A stretch of 60,034 nt of DNA. It comes from Octopus bimaculoides. Lineage: Eukaryota. Every line of letters starts with the position of its first letter. Position 1 is the first letter of the stretch. Location: positions 116,242,998 to 116,303,031 of the forward strand of contig NC_068984.1 in assembly GCF_001194135.2 (NCBI RefSeq), given 5' to 3'. A model generated the notes under the pieces. The model made no database searches. It saw only the letters and a program-made list of their open reading frames with translations, and was not told where the DNA came from. The translations under genes and the position numbers were made by a program. Shown here one piece after another: positions 13,852-27,267 of the stretch.

Positions 13852-15066
13852 GTGAAATTAATATTTCATTTCTAGACAAATCTATTACCAGAACTTCGTT
13901 CATCAGAGAACACAAAATATTCAACTAAGATTCTCGGAAAACAAGATCGTTAAGGAACGCTGTCTTTGAACGATGTTTGTTGAAATTTCGACTGAAGAAA
14001 TTCCTAAAACCACGATGGCCGCATCATCGATGTCTTTTCCGTATATACACTGTCCCTCTGTTTCAGCAAATGCTCAATTTCTATATTAAGTAATCCGAGC
14101 GATAATACAATACATCAGTTCTTGTTGAGGTAAGGTTGTGATACATTTCAGACTCTCAAGTTATATAATTTGACAGTATTTACTTTAGCTCTAATACCAT
14201 GGAGTTACGAATAGTAACACTACCTCATTTAATTTACTAATTCCCTATAACATGCAATATTTGTATCTCACTTTAAAGGAAGAATATATCTCGAGTATAA
14301 AGTGGAGTTTGTACGTTAATTATGGTAACTAATTTTCTTGTCAACGTTTTAGTTTGAAAATCAGCAAATCCGGTTTGAGTTTTCAATTTCCTCCTTCTGT
14401 GACGGATAGATTAAGTACTACTAGTAAATATTATTCAAGGAAATTGTCTTTATATCTCCTTCATTATGAGCGAGCGCTTTTATATTTTTAAACAGATCGA
14501 TGAGGTTAACGAGAAGTTGTTTTTTTTTTCTCTTCTTCAAAGAAATCGCTAACTAATTGAATTCTCTATTAGAAAGTAGTATATCTAGATTGTTTTTAAA
14601 GTCTAGATCTCTTCCTCGTAATCGAATATACTCAACCATAGCATTATTATACGTATTACGATATTAATCCCATGAAGAACTGTTTTATGTCGAGAGGAAA
14701 TTGATGATTATTAAAGGACAAACAAATTACCAATCGATCTAGTTATTTCCTTATTAATTCAGATTTACTAAGGAAAGGTCTAGACTAAATAATTGGTCTG
14801 TTACTCTGCTTAAGAAGCACGTTAACAGATAAACTTCTCCCTAGATATTGCTACAAATAAACGAATAATAAACAAATACGTGGGCTGGCCGATCAAAAGA
14901 GAGATAATTGAAGAGGAAGATAATTTGTAATAAATTTATAATAAACGTTATGATTGTTCGTTTTCGTATTTGATTTGCAATAATCTTGTGTTCGCGTGAA
15001 GAATCTTGCAAATCCCATGATACGATATCCCAAGATATAACAGATATTACTGTGTCTGTGCCGTGT

Positions 15067-15364
15067 CATTATGCCAACAAAAATAGACGCACCGATTCTA
15101 TATTTTACTTCGTTTATCTTTATTAGTCAGCTAGTTAACCATTTAACCAATTCGCTAATCGATTGCTTGATTAATCATTCTGTGTAGAAAGAGTATTCCG
15201 TTGATGAAGTCACGAATGCTGACGACCTAAACTGATTTCTTGATCGATTTACGGTATGATAACGCAAACAACCGATTAGTTAACTGAGTAAATAACTAAC
15301 TAGTTAACAAATAAGAAAAAACGCACGAAACGACCAGTCTGCCTGTTTCCGTATTGGCATTATG
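15067..15364. repeat. Old, highly diverged foldback (~100-bp arms)
   Basis: CATTATGCCAA..TTAGTCAGCTAGTTAACCATTTAACCAATTCGCTAATCG vs CGATTAGTTAACTGAGTAAATAACTAACTAGTTAACAAATAAG..TTGGCATTATG. Confidence 0.45.
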
Positions 15365-15811
15365 GTCCTTCCAGGATACAGCAAAATCAGGAATTTTCAG
15401 GCGGGTAATTTAAATAAATGTTTTTTTTTGTAGTCTCTAACTAAAGCGCAATGTTAGTTCATTAGTAAATATAAGCGAGATGAAGTTTGCGTTGCTAAAG
15501 TTGTCTATGCAATCCTTCTTGTTATTCAGTTTCCTTCTCGTTTAAACATTTCCTAAATAGGTCTAATCCATTCTATGTCTTTATTATAAAGAAGGCGGTC
15601 GATAAGTCGATAAGTTATCTGTCTAACAATGATACTTGAAGGCACTTTCCAAAAGGCTGCGTGAGACTTTGAAGTAGCGAGAATAGAAAATGGAAGGAAA
15701 GAACAGTCTAGCTGTGCTCCATGTATTCGGGTTTATGGTGATGATGATGATGATGATCGTCATCATCGACGTCACCATCGTCGTATTGATACTTATTGTC
15801 TGTCCTTCATG

Positions 15812-16590
15812 TTCTTCTTCTTCTTCTTCTTCTTCTTCTTCTTCTTCTTCTTCTTCTTCTTCTTCTTCTTCTTCTTCTTCTTCTTCTTCTTCTTCTTCTT
15901 CTTCTTCTTCTNNNNNNNNNNNNNNNNNNNNNNNNNNNNNNNNNNNNNNNNNNNNNNNNNNNNNNNNNNNNNNNNNNNNNNNNNNNNNNNNNNNNNNNNN
16001 NNNNNNNNNNNNNNNNNNNNNNNNNNNNNNNNNNNNNNNNNNNNNNNNNNNNNNNNNNNNNNNNNNNNNNNNNNNNNNNNNNNNNNNNNNNNNNNNNNNN
16101 NNNNNNNNNNNNNNNNNNNNNNNNNNNNNNNNNNNNNNNNNNNNNNNNNNNNNNNNNNNNNNNNNNNNNNNNNNNNNNNNNNNNNNNNNNNNNNNNNNNN
16201 NNNNNNNNNNNNNNNNNNNNNNNNNNNNNNNNNNNNNNNNNNNNNNNNNNNNNNNNNNNNNNNNNNNNNNNNNNNNNNNNNNNNNNNNNNNNNNNNNNNN
16301 NNNNNNNNNNNNNNNNNNNNNNNNNNNNNNNNNNNNNNNNNNNNNCTCATCATCGTTATAATCGCCTCTTCGTCGTCCTCCTCCTCCCCATCATCATCAT
16401 CATCATCTTCATCATCATCATCATCCTCATCATCTTAATCATCATCATCATCATCCTCATCATCCTCTTCATAATCATCATCATCATCATCATCATCGTC
16501 ATCGTCATCATCATCTTCGTCATCGTCATCATCATCATCATCGTCATCATCCTCCTCCTCCTCCTCATCATCATCGTCATCATTATCATT

Positions 16591-16625
<35 letters not shown>

Positions 16626-16696
16626 TATCATTATCATCGTCATCGTCATCGTCATCATCATCGTCATCATCCTCCTCCTCCTCCTCCTCCTCCTCC

Positions 16697-16752
<56 letters not shown>

Positions 16753-16800
16753 GTCATCGTCATTGTCCTTATTGTCATCATCACTTTTTGTGTCAATGCC
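15812..16800. repeat. (TTC)n, gap, then compound (ATC/GTC/CTC)n
   Basis: Directly visible. Confidence 0.95.
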
Positions 16801-17287
16801 ATCGTTATTGTTATCTAAAAAGAATTATAGTATCATATCATGGCGTTGAAATTTATTCATTTATTTATTTATTTATTTATTTATTTTACATATGCTTCTG
16901 AATAATTCTCATCTGTCTAAAGAATCACTTGATAGGTTTTTGAGGAATCACTTGTTAGTATCAGTCTCATGGACATTGCGTGGTATATCCTGAAGCTTAT
17001 TCACCGTTTCCTATTGTCATATTTTCCATTTGCTATTTTTAGGTACTGTTCTTGCTTTTTTTAAACATGTATTTTTATGTACTGCAAGCATAACAAATAA
17101 AGAAAAATGTTGCTATTCTTTGCTTTAACAAAGGAACGGACTTTATATTGACGTAGAAAATAAAATACCAATCAGTTAGTGATGTTGTCCATATACCTGG
17201 TGAGGTTATATTTGAAATGCAAACACCGCACTTTAGGGCGCATTAGACGTTTGTTTTTGAAAGAAAATCAATTAAGAATAAAACATG

Positions 17288-17365
17288 CAGCCCGATCCTC
17301 CTGGATTCGCACTCACAACCTCGTGATCATAAGCTGGATGCTATAACCACTGAGCCATGCACCTT
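17288..17365 (-). mobile_element. Isolated tRNA-like SINE head
   Basis: Reverse complement: TGGCTCAGTGG A box and GTGCGAATCC B box; no CCA/acceptor stem of a true tRNA. Confidence 0.5.
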
Positions 17366-17535
17366 CATATATATATATATATAACGTCCTGTACCCTGAT
17401 ATGCATATATATACACATGTAGATGTAAGTATGTACATATATGTGTGTATACATGTATATATATTCCTTGTATTATTACATTATTGAACGCACACGTCCT
17501 TTATTGCAAGTAAGTCTACTATTATTCTGACGTGA

Positions 17536-17571
<36 letters not shown>

Positions 17572-18102
17572 TTATCTATTTATCTATCTGTCTTCCTCCA
17601 TCTTTCTATCTATACCTCTGTCCTGGCCTCTACTTCNNNNNNNNNNNNNNNNNNNNNNNNNNNNNNNNNNNNNNNNNNNNNNNNNNNNNNNNNNNNNNNN
17701 NNNNNNNNNNNNNNNNNNNNNNNNNNNNNNNNNNNNNNNNNNNNNNNNNNNNNNNNNNNNNNNNNNNNNNNNNNNNNNNNNNNNNNNNNNNNNNNNNNNN
17801 NNNNNNNNNNNNNNNNNNNNNNNNNNNNNNNNNNNNNNNNNNNNNNNNNNNNNNNNNNNNNNNNNNNNNNNNNNNNNNNNNNNNNNNNNNNNNNNNNNNN
17901 NNNNNNNNNNNNNNNNNNNNNNNNNNNNNNNNNNNNNNNNNNNNNNNNNNNNNNNNNNNNNNNNNNNNNNNNNNNNNNNNNNNNNNNNNNNNNNNNNNNN
18001 NNNNNNNNNNNNNNNNNNNNNNNNNNNNNNNNNNNNNNNNNNNNNNNNNNNNNNNNNNNNNNNNNNNNNNNNNNNNNNNNNNNNNNNNNNNNNNNNNNNN
18101 NN

Positions 18103-18149
<47 letters not shown>

Positions 18150-19221
18150 GTGTGTGTGTGTATAGCTAGCTAGATAATTAGATGTGTATGTATACATACC
18201 CGTATATGCATGCGTAACTTAGATGTAATTACACTTTGGTAGTATCAAAGATCAAAGATATATTGCATAGTTAGCTATACTCGCCAAATATACATGTTCC
18301 ATTTTATAATAGTAACATTTACTAAAGACATTCGCCAAACTTAAGGACATATTAATATACGTATTCCTGTAATTAAGTTATACAAATACATTAATATTGT
18401 CTGTAGACAACGCAACGTGATTGATAGTGACTTATTTCTGATATCATAAAATGGGGATTGTTAAAGAAGTATAATGGCTTCTTTCGACTATGCAAGAGGC
18501 AATATAAATATGCACAGGGAAGAAAGAAGCCAAAATGTATGCCCTTCTTTGAAAGTACAAAATAATTTTTATTCTAGGATGTTGCTACTAGGTGGCATTC
18601 ATTGCACACAAAATAGGACTGTCACATATGAGACATAACTTTCTACAAATGGAAGCCAAGTTTCGTTAGGTTCTCAATACTGGTGCTTGAAAAGTAGAAC
18701 ATGATACATAATGTACATCTGATGATGGCCTTTGATCATTGTTATCTGATCAATTAGGCCTTATCTGAAGCAAAACAACATTGCGTTGTATATTTTGACC
18801 ACATACCAGGTTATATATGAACACAGCATCTTTTGATAACGAACCACAATCGATAATACATAAGATAGGCGATACCTTCTTTTTATTTTTCCATACCATC
18901 ATCCAAGATTTATCTATTGAATGCTGATACCGGATTTCTCCATCGGTATATTTATAAACGCGTGGTGTCCAATTCACATGTAACTCATTCCTTTTATGAG
19001 AATAAGTAGAACTTTTAAAATAGACGAATCAATTTATAGAGCAATTTCTACCTGAAATATATATATATATATAATGTACTTAATTAACTTAATATGTAAG
19101 CTAGTATAATTATCGTGTGATACTTAACTGGCAGTACAGGGAGAGAAAAAGCTTGTTGTAAAACTTTTTCGTAACATATATTGCGAACGGAAAGATGATG
19201 AAGTCGCAAAATCATCAGCCG

Positions 19222-19340
19222 GATAAAATGCTCAGCAGCATTTCTTCCGGTATTACGTTCTGCAGTTCGAATTTCGCCGAGGTCGACTTTGCCTTTCATC
19301 TTCTCGGGATTTATAAAATAAGTATCCTTTGGGCACTGAG
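19222..19340 (+). mobile_element. SINE family A fragment
   Basis: GTTCGAATTTCGCCGAGGTCGACTTTGCCTTTCATC core. Confidence 0.75.
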
Positions 19341-19673
19341 GTTAAGGTAATCGGCTGGTACCTTTTCACAAACTTGTGAAATTTTCAGAAAAATATTGGA
19401 TTGAATATTTTTTGCAAGTTATTTTCTGATAATTTCTAATATCGCGTTCTAATATTGGTGCATAACCACAGATTTTGTTCGGGTTATAGTCTATTAAAGT
19501 GAACGAAGTACATGACTAGTATCTTATTTCACTGACATCCACCGAATGAAATTCTGACCAAGGTGAGATTCGAAGTCACAAATTAAATAAAAATATCTTC
19601 CCAGAGATAATTAGTATGCTACACTAAAGACTCTGCAGTAAACTCTCCTCCGTATTTGTTTCTAGATATATAC

Positions 19674-20098
19674 AATTAACGACACTACAGTTCTATATTT
19701 AAGAGATGAGGAATTATTTACATTATTTACATTATTTACATTTGACGGATATTTGTCCTCATCTTGTTTGTTGTTAACACAACGTTTCGGCTGATATACC
19801 CTCCAGCCTTCGTCAGCCCACGGGCATATGGCGTAGTGGTTAAGAGCGCGGGCTACTAACCCCAAGATTCCGAGTTCGATTCACGGCAGTGACCTGATTA
19901 ATAATAGTAATAATAATAATAATAATATAATAATAGTAACATCGTTAGGAATGAGAACCCAGGTTCGAAATTTCCCCCAAGACACCTGACGAAGGCTGGA
20001 GGGTATATCAGCCGAAACGTTGTGTTAACAACAAACAAGATGACGACAAATATCCGTCAAATGTAAATAATGTAAATAATGTAAATTAACGACACTAC
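19674..20098 (+). mobile_element. tRNA-headed SINE-like retroelement with hammerhead-containing PLE-like tail, inverted tail copy and 15-bp TSD
   Basis: Direct repeat AATTAACGACACTAC at 19674-19688 and 20084-20098. Inverted repeat 19716-19816 vs 19986-20086 (1 mismatch). A box TGGCGTAGTGG (~19829-19839) and B box GAGTTCGATTC (~19872-19882) lie in a tRNA-Arg(ACG)-like head, followed by a (TAA)n spacer. Confidence 0.85.
19981..20026 (+). ncRNA. Minimal type I hammerhead ribozyme motif (PLE/retrozyme type)
   Basis: Stem I GACAC(19981-85)/GUGUU(20022-26); core CUGACGA(19986-92) plus an extra A; stem II GGCUG/CAGCC with 10-nt loop; GAAA(20014-17); palindromic ACGU in place of stem III; predicted cleavage after GUU (20021). 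Confidence 0.65.
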
Positions 20099-21045
20099 CC
20101 AAGTTGTTGTAGATATGCATATATTACACTCCAGCGAAAGACATTTAAGCCTCATGAATTATAAGATTCACACATCTATATTCTTTAACATACAGGAAGG
20201 GGTTGTGCTGACGGCAGAGGTAGATACCCCGAAGCCATTGAGATTCACTACACTTTGATATTCCATCTCACGCTTTATGTGCGCATGCGTTTGTGTGAGC
20301 GTGTGTGTATGTGTGTGTGTGTAAATGCATGTATGTACTGTATGTATGTGTGTATATGTATGTACTGGCGTGTTTTTATATGTGTGTGTGTGTATGTTTT
20401 ACGAATAAGCACGGTACACCATGGATAATTAATAAACTCACCTTTGCATACTCCTATTCAGCTGACAGCATATACACATACATACATATATGCATATATA
20501 TATATATAATACATATATACATACATACAAAACACACACATAAATGGATATACATTCTTAGAGATAGATGCACCAGATACTTTAATAAAAAGTATTTTTG
20601 AATAAATTAATAATTCACACTGCTAAGTATGTAACAACTTTGTGTTTGTGTTAATCACATCATCACAAACTATAAAAATAGTTCACACTCCTAAGCACGC
20701 ACACACCTACATACTTTTAGTCAGAAAAAATATTCATAGTTTTGTATAGATACATATATATATGGACACAGAAACACAAATATAGGCGGTTACAATTACA
20801 GACACTGAAACTGACACAGTGATAAGGTAAGTAATAATCTAAAATAATGAAGCTGTTGTCAACAACGATATTCTTCAAGGCTGTTTCATGCCTTAGTCAC
20901 AGACGAATAGCTGAAACAAGCAACAAATTTTTAAAAAGTGCGTATATGTGTGTATGTGTGCGAACGTGTACGAGACTGTGTAGGTGTTTACATGCACAGA
21001 CACACATATGAATATACAGACATCCGTCGATAGATGCGTATATAT

Positions 21046-21148
<103 letters not shown>

Positions 21149-22115
21149 NNNNNNNNNNNNNNNNNNNNNNNNNNNNNNNNNNNNNNNNNNNNNNNNNNNN
21201 NNNNNNNNNNNNNNNNNNNNNNNNNNNNNNNNNNNNNNNNNNNNNNNNNNNNNNNNNNNNNNNNNNNNNNNNNNNNNNNNNNNNNNNNNNNNNNNNNNNN
21301 NNNNNNNNNNNNNNNNNNNNNNNNNNNNNNNNNNNNNNNNNNNNNNNNNNNNNNNNNNNNNNNNNNNNNNNNNNNNNNNNNNNNNNNNNNNNNNNNNNNN
21401 NNNNNNNNNNNNNNNNNNNNNNNNNNNNNNNNNNNNNNNNNNNNNNNNNNNNNNNNNNNNNNNNNNNNNNNNNNNNNNNNNNNNNNNNNNNNNNNNNNNN
21501 NNNNNNNNNNNNNNNNNNNNNNNNNNNNNNNNNNNNNNNNNNNNNNNNNNNNNNNNNNNNNNNNNNNNNNNNNNNNNNNNNNNNNNNNNATATATGCATG
21601 TATGTATGCATACAGCAAGAAATATGTATGAACAGTTATCTAAGATTGTGTTTAAAATGTGAAATTGGAACATCCAATAAAGACCCCAGTTAGAATATTT
21701 TCTTCGTCATTTTTTATGCTGCCTAAGATCTAAAATATCTGACATTAAAATATTTTAAATTTATTTTAATCTCTGGTTGAATGATTGAAACAAGTATATG
21801 AAAAGATAAAAAAAAAAAAAAACTAAACTTGTGTCTACAAAAATTCTTTGAACTAGTAAGAATAATTTGAATAAATTTAATTCTCTTAACAACGTTTGTT
21901 TGTCTACATGGCGTACTAACTACGAAGATTCAATCTCACCATGAATTGTATTATTCAAATTACTATGAATAAATAATCAATTTTATGGTTCAGGTCGCAG
22001 TAATTCTTATTCGTTTCCGTATGGAATTAAGCAAATTATAATGAAGACTTTTGTGAACTTTTAGCTTCTAATAAACTAAATTACACACTCTTACTTCAGT
22101 ACTGTGAGTAGGTTC

Positions 22116-22116
<1 letters not shown>

Positions 22117-22202
<86 letters not shown>

Positions 22203-22270
22203 ATGCCTGTCTGTCTGTCTCTCTGCCTGCCTATCTGTATGTATCTCTGTCTGTATCTCTGTCTGTCTAC

Positions 22271-22325
<55 letters not shown>

Positions 22326-22370
22326 GCTAGCTAGCTAGCTAGCTAGCTATCTAGCTAGCTATCTATCTAT
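22117..22370. repeat. Compound (TATC)n(TGTC)n(TAGC)n microsatellite
   Basis: Directly visible. Confidence 0.95.
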
Positions 22371-22419
22371 ATGTGTGTGTGCATGTGTGTGTATACATAT
22401 ATATGTATATGTATATAAA

Positions 22420-22785
22420 GGCGCAGACGTGGCTGTGTGGTAAGAAATTTGTTTCCCACCACATGGTTCCAGGTGCAGTCCCATTACAAAGACCTGTGAG
22501 TGGATTTAGTAGGCAGAAACTGAAAGAAGCTTGTCGTGTATATATATACATATGTTTGTATTTATGTGTGTGTGTGTGTGTGCCTTTGTTTGTCCCCTCA
22601 CCGTCGCTTCACAACCGATGCTGGAGTGTTTATGTCGCTGTAAATGAGCGGTTCGACCGAAGAACCGATAAAATAGGTACTATAAAGAATAAGTCCTGGG
22701 TTCGAAGTTATCGACTAGAACCCTTGAAGACGCTATTCCAGCATGGCCATAGTCAAATGACTGAAACAAGTAAAAGAGTAAAAAA
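22420..22785 (+). mobile_element. tRNA-derived SINE family B, full length, with internal (TA)/(TG) microsatellite
   Basis: Head GGCGCAGACGTGGCTGTGTGGTAAG, body GAAACTGAAAGAAGC, internal microsatellite, 3' CAGCATGGCCATAGTCAAATGACTGAAACAAGTAAAAGAGTAAAA. Confidence 0.85.
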
Positions 22786-25700
22786 AATAAAGAATATATA
22801 TATATATTGATACTTGTTTAAGTAAAAAAAATGTGGGAACTATTCCATTGTAAATTAACATTCAATGTTGAGTTCTATAAAAAAATCATGTAGCAATAAA
22901 TGGAACTTCCATTGTAGCAATCTTTAGATGTCATGAAACAATATGACGTATTATTAATGGTAAAAGATTAACGTTAGTATTAATATTATTTTTGCATGGC
23001 AATAAAATATATCATTATTGCATAAAGATCAAAGAAATCAATTTTTTCTCTGTTTGACAATTGAAATGTTAAAACAACTCTTCTTGTTAGTGTTGTAGCA
23101 ATATATATATATATCTAATTACAGTAACATTTATATATGTAAAGTAACATATCAAGCAGTGGTCTTTCAATATATTTCAAAAGAAAAGACATATGACAAA
23201 TATATTTTTGTGTGATATAATTACTTATCTTTTCTTCCTATTTTCTTTATGTCGTTAACAGTGTCACCGTTATAAAGATTTATGTCTTTCTGCAACAAGG
23301 TTTAGTTATTTCTTTGTATTTCTCAAACATTTTTTCTCCCATGCAACACTACCATTTAAGAATCTGCACTCCATCTTGATTACTCAAAGTTAGTATATAT
23401 ATCATATATATTTGCATTTAAAAGAAGTTTTAAGTTAACCTTTATTCTAGGTTTTATTCACTTGTTGCTTACTTCAGTGGGAACCTTGCTCTTGAAGCTG
23501 GTTGCAGACTTGTTCGAATTGAAAGACCGATTTCATCAGTTTCAACCAAACGTCCAAATGTTTACCGATGTCCAGTAGACTTCTCTTAGCTTGCAACAAA
23601 GCCATAAAATTACTGAATCGGTAACATCATTAAATCGAAATTCGACTAAATTCGACGACGAAAAACATATAAAAATTTCCCTCGATCTGGTCCAACAAAA
23701 ATGATTTGTTTGGAAGTTTCCAAAACATTGTTTAAATAGCAATAGTATTTTAAAACTTTGCATTGTTTTAGACTGCCCTCCTTTGTACAAGATTGGATTC
23801 TAAATGCAAATATACACGAAACATGAAAGCAATCTGTATTCTCAAGAAAGCGTGGAAGGAGACCGAAAATATTGAAATAGTAGTATTTATATAATGTCAG
23901 TTGCATGCCTTTCTATAAAAATTGATATAATTCTATAAAACTGATATAATGGTTTCTCGATAGTTTTTCATGCACTATTTTAAAACATAACAAATAAACC
24001 AATGGTTTTTTTTTTACTATGAGAGCAAAGACACGATAAACATGGAGCATTATTATTTTGAACCATTCATTTAAAAGAATTGTTACTGAGTAATGTGCCT
24101 TATGTATTGAGTACATCACCGCTTGGTGAATTAACAAGAATTAACACAAGTACACACACATATAGACACAAACACCCACACACTTCCAGGTATGAAAATA
24201 TCAGTAAAGGATTTGACATTCTGTTCAAAATAGGCGACATATATCTTGCAATCAAAATATTATCGACTTCCACTGAGTAGAATCTCACCATGCACATTCT
24301 CTTTTAAGTTTATGCCTGTACTTAAATCTGGGCGATCATCCAATTATGTATATTTGGTAGTAAATATATCAGTAAAGTCACACAACTCTTCATTATAATT
24401 AGCTGATGTATAAGCTCGCTTGTCTAAATGAATCATGAGAGTATTATGATTGTTATAAGTGTTATATTCCTATATCGAAGTAAAATATAGTTTTACTGAG
24501 TAGTCATGCTAAAATTGTAAATAATGAATTTCCAATATCAAGGTTTAAATTCCTAATTAACATTTATAACGATATGAAGTTTGTATACATGTATAATCTT
24601 TATGGAGTTGAAAACAATGAAAAGCAATCTAATTTGTTAATCTGTAGCGATACATAAATTGCCCAATGGTCTAATTTTCTGACAAATCTGCACGTCATAT
24701 GAAATATTTTAATTATTTATTAATTTCTTTAGATATGCGTCTGAGTAATTATGTTAGAGATCTAAATTGCAATTAATAAACTGAATTTATTCCCCAGAGT
24801 CCATTATAGAATGACCTTTATTACGTATTTAACTATACTAGTGATTCATTTATTTGTTACTCATAAACAGTCAGTGATTGCAATCATAATGATAATATCT
24901 AGTTTATGGCATAAAGCAATATGTTGAGGCGAGGAGGTATTAATCGATGACAACCTCAGTAGTTGATTGGTAATTTATTTTATTTTTTTACGAAATCTAA
25001 GAGATGAAAGGCAATTTTGAGTTTATTTCTCACTTATGTGAACTTTGCGTTTCATCCCTCGATGGACATAAAATAAAGCATTTCTCAATCACTGCACTAA
25101 GCATTGTGAGTGGTCCTTCCATCACTTAATATATAAACTGTAGAACTGGAAGGGTCATTAGGGTGTCGGATAGATATATTTTAGGGTGTCCCGACTCGTT
25201 AATTTTTGAGTCCAAATCTCACTGCATTTAACTTTGTCTCGTGTCCCTCAGGAATTGATGAAATAAAGACCATCAACTACTAGGGTAAATGGTACTGAAT
25301 AATCACTTCTCCAAATTGTTGCCTTTATGTCTTATCTAAACTAAAGTGTTGAAATGGCAGAATCGTTAAAGCGTTGGAAATCGCCATTAGAATATGTATG
25401 TCCCATACATATTCAAACTAACTTAAAGTTTATTTATTTCTTACCACTGCTTAGCGTTGCTAATACATACTATATTTGTTCTGACTGGGTGGTCCATCAA
25501 CACAGGCTAGTAACTAATATTGACTGTTCCATTATAAAGCTACGACTTTCCAATCTGTTCAGGGTTGTCTTCCTTCGGTATATCTTATTGCGGAAGGTTA
25601 GAGAGCCAGAAACGCGTCAATGAGTTCGATAGAGAGCGATACTGAGCAGATAAGGCATTACCATTAGCGAGAATGTTTTCTCCACGGTAAACTACAGTAG

Positions 25701-27267
25701 AATTGCATTTACAAAGTAAAAATATCACAAACATATTTGTAGCTGTAAATAGGCACAGGCATGACTGTGTGATAAGACGTTTGCTTGCCAATTACACATT
25801 TCTGCGTTCAATCACAGTGCGTGGCATCTACGGCAACTGTTTTCTATTATAGTCCTGTGCCGACGAAAGTCCTGTGAGTTGATTTGGTAGAAATTGAGAC
25901 TGATTACTAAAGAAATCCTCTCTCGTTTATGACAGCAGATTCCCTTATACACACACACACACACACACATAGCAGGGTTATACATTTCCAATATTCTCTG
26001 AGAAAAGTTTTGGTCATGGGAAAATATTTGCTTGCTTGGAAAGAAGTGAAAGTTGGCTACAGGAAGGACATCCAGCGGTAGAAAAATCTGTCTCAAACAA
26101 ACTTCTTCCGATGTATGCAAGCATGGAAAATTAGATGTTAAATGCTTACGATGATAATGATTACGATGATGGAAATAAAAGGAATTTAATAAATAAGATA
26201 ACAATGAAGGAAAAAGAGTAAAAGGGAAATTGGAATCACAAATTATAAGGGACATCGAAAGAGTAGAAAATGAATTATTAGAACGTGTACGGGATCAGGA
26301 ACGAAGAAATAGAAAAGAAAACATGAACCAAAAATAACGCTTTAACTATTTATTACAAATGAGATAAAGAATTCAAGACAGGAGAAAAGTTTGGAATTAA
26401 AGAAACGGAGCGGTAAGGAAATTGGAATCATAAGGTTTGAACTTTGTGTAAGTCTAAGATTACTTGTAAATGGCAATGTGTTTGAAAGCACTTTTGAGGA
26501 AGCCTCACGGTTTAATCAACGACATATTGCAATCTTTATATGTAGGAAATTAGCTGTTGCTAGGATTGTTAATATGCAAAGAAAAGTGTAGGAAATACTA
26601 ATAATAACGATGATGATAGTAATTGATGGTATAAATATTCTAATTATACGATATTGTAATAATTATATCGCAATGGTTGTAATTATATCGTAATGTTATG
26701 AATTATTACGTGTTGGGACAAAATGTCGTCAAAACTTACAGTAATGTTTACAGTTTTGTGTCCCAATCTCCAAAATGTAATTGAGTTTTGTAATTCTTTT
26801 ACGATGTAAATGATTGAACTATTTTAAGAAGAGGTGAGGAAAGAAAAATAGCAGAAAACCAACTTTTCATGCAATAAATTAAGTTTTAATCGCAGCGGAA
26901 TAAACTGAGAGAGGATATGGTTACTAGAACTCGTTTTAGAATTTAGGGAAATAAATGAACTCCAACTTTATTTAGTTAATAATATGAGTGATGTTGTATT
27001 AGCTGAAGCGGAAAAGAAGCGAAGAGATATTAGGAATAGACTTGCGTTTATACTGATACTCTAGAAGTGTATGATAAAATATATTCAATGAATATTATCA
27101 TTTCTTGTCCTAGGGACAATTTCAATGTATCAAGTGCTGCTTAAATAGGTATCTCTGCTACGTTATCGTTTGGTGGTTAGACATTAGATTGCGTATTTAA
27201 TCTATTAGTACCCTTAAAAATTGAAAGCCCTTACAAAATACCTCGTACAAGTGAGTATGTCTGCTTC

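Noticed and set aside
18719-18775. CTGATGA followed by a GGCCT..AGGCC hairpin (hammerhead?)
   Set aside because: No GAAA after the stem and no stem I/III.
19822-19895. Possible genuine tRNA gene
   Set aside because: The anticodon and acceptor stems are broken and the sequence is embedded in a TSD-flanked insertion; it is a SINE head.
23487-23700. Strong acceptor followed by a protein-like frame (GTLLLKLVADLFELKDRF..)
   Set aside because: All frames hit stops without a convincing donor; no family recognised.
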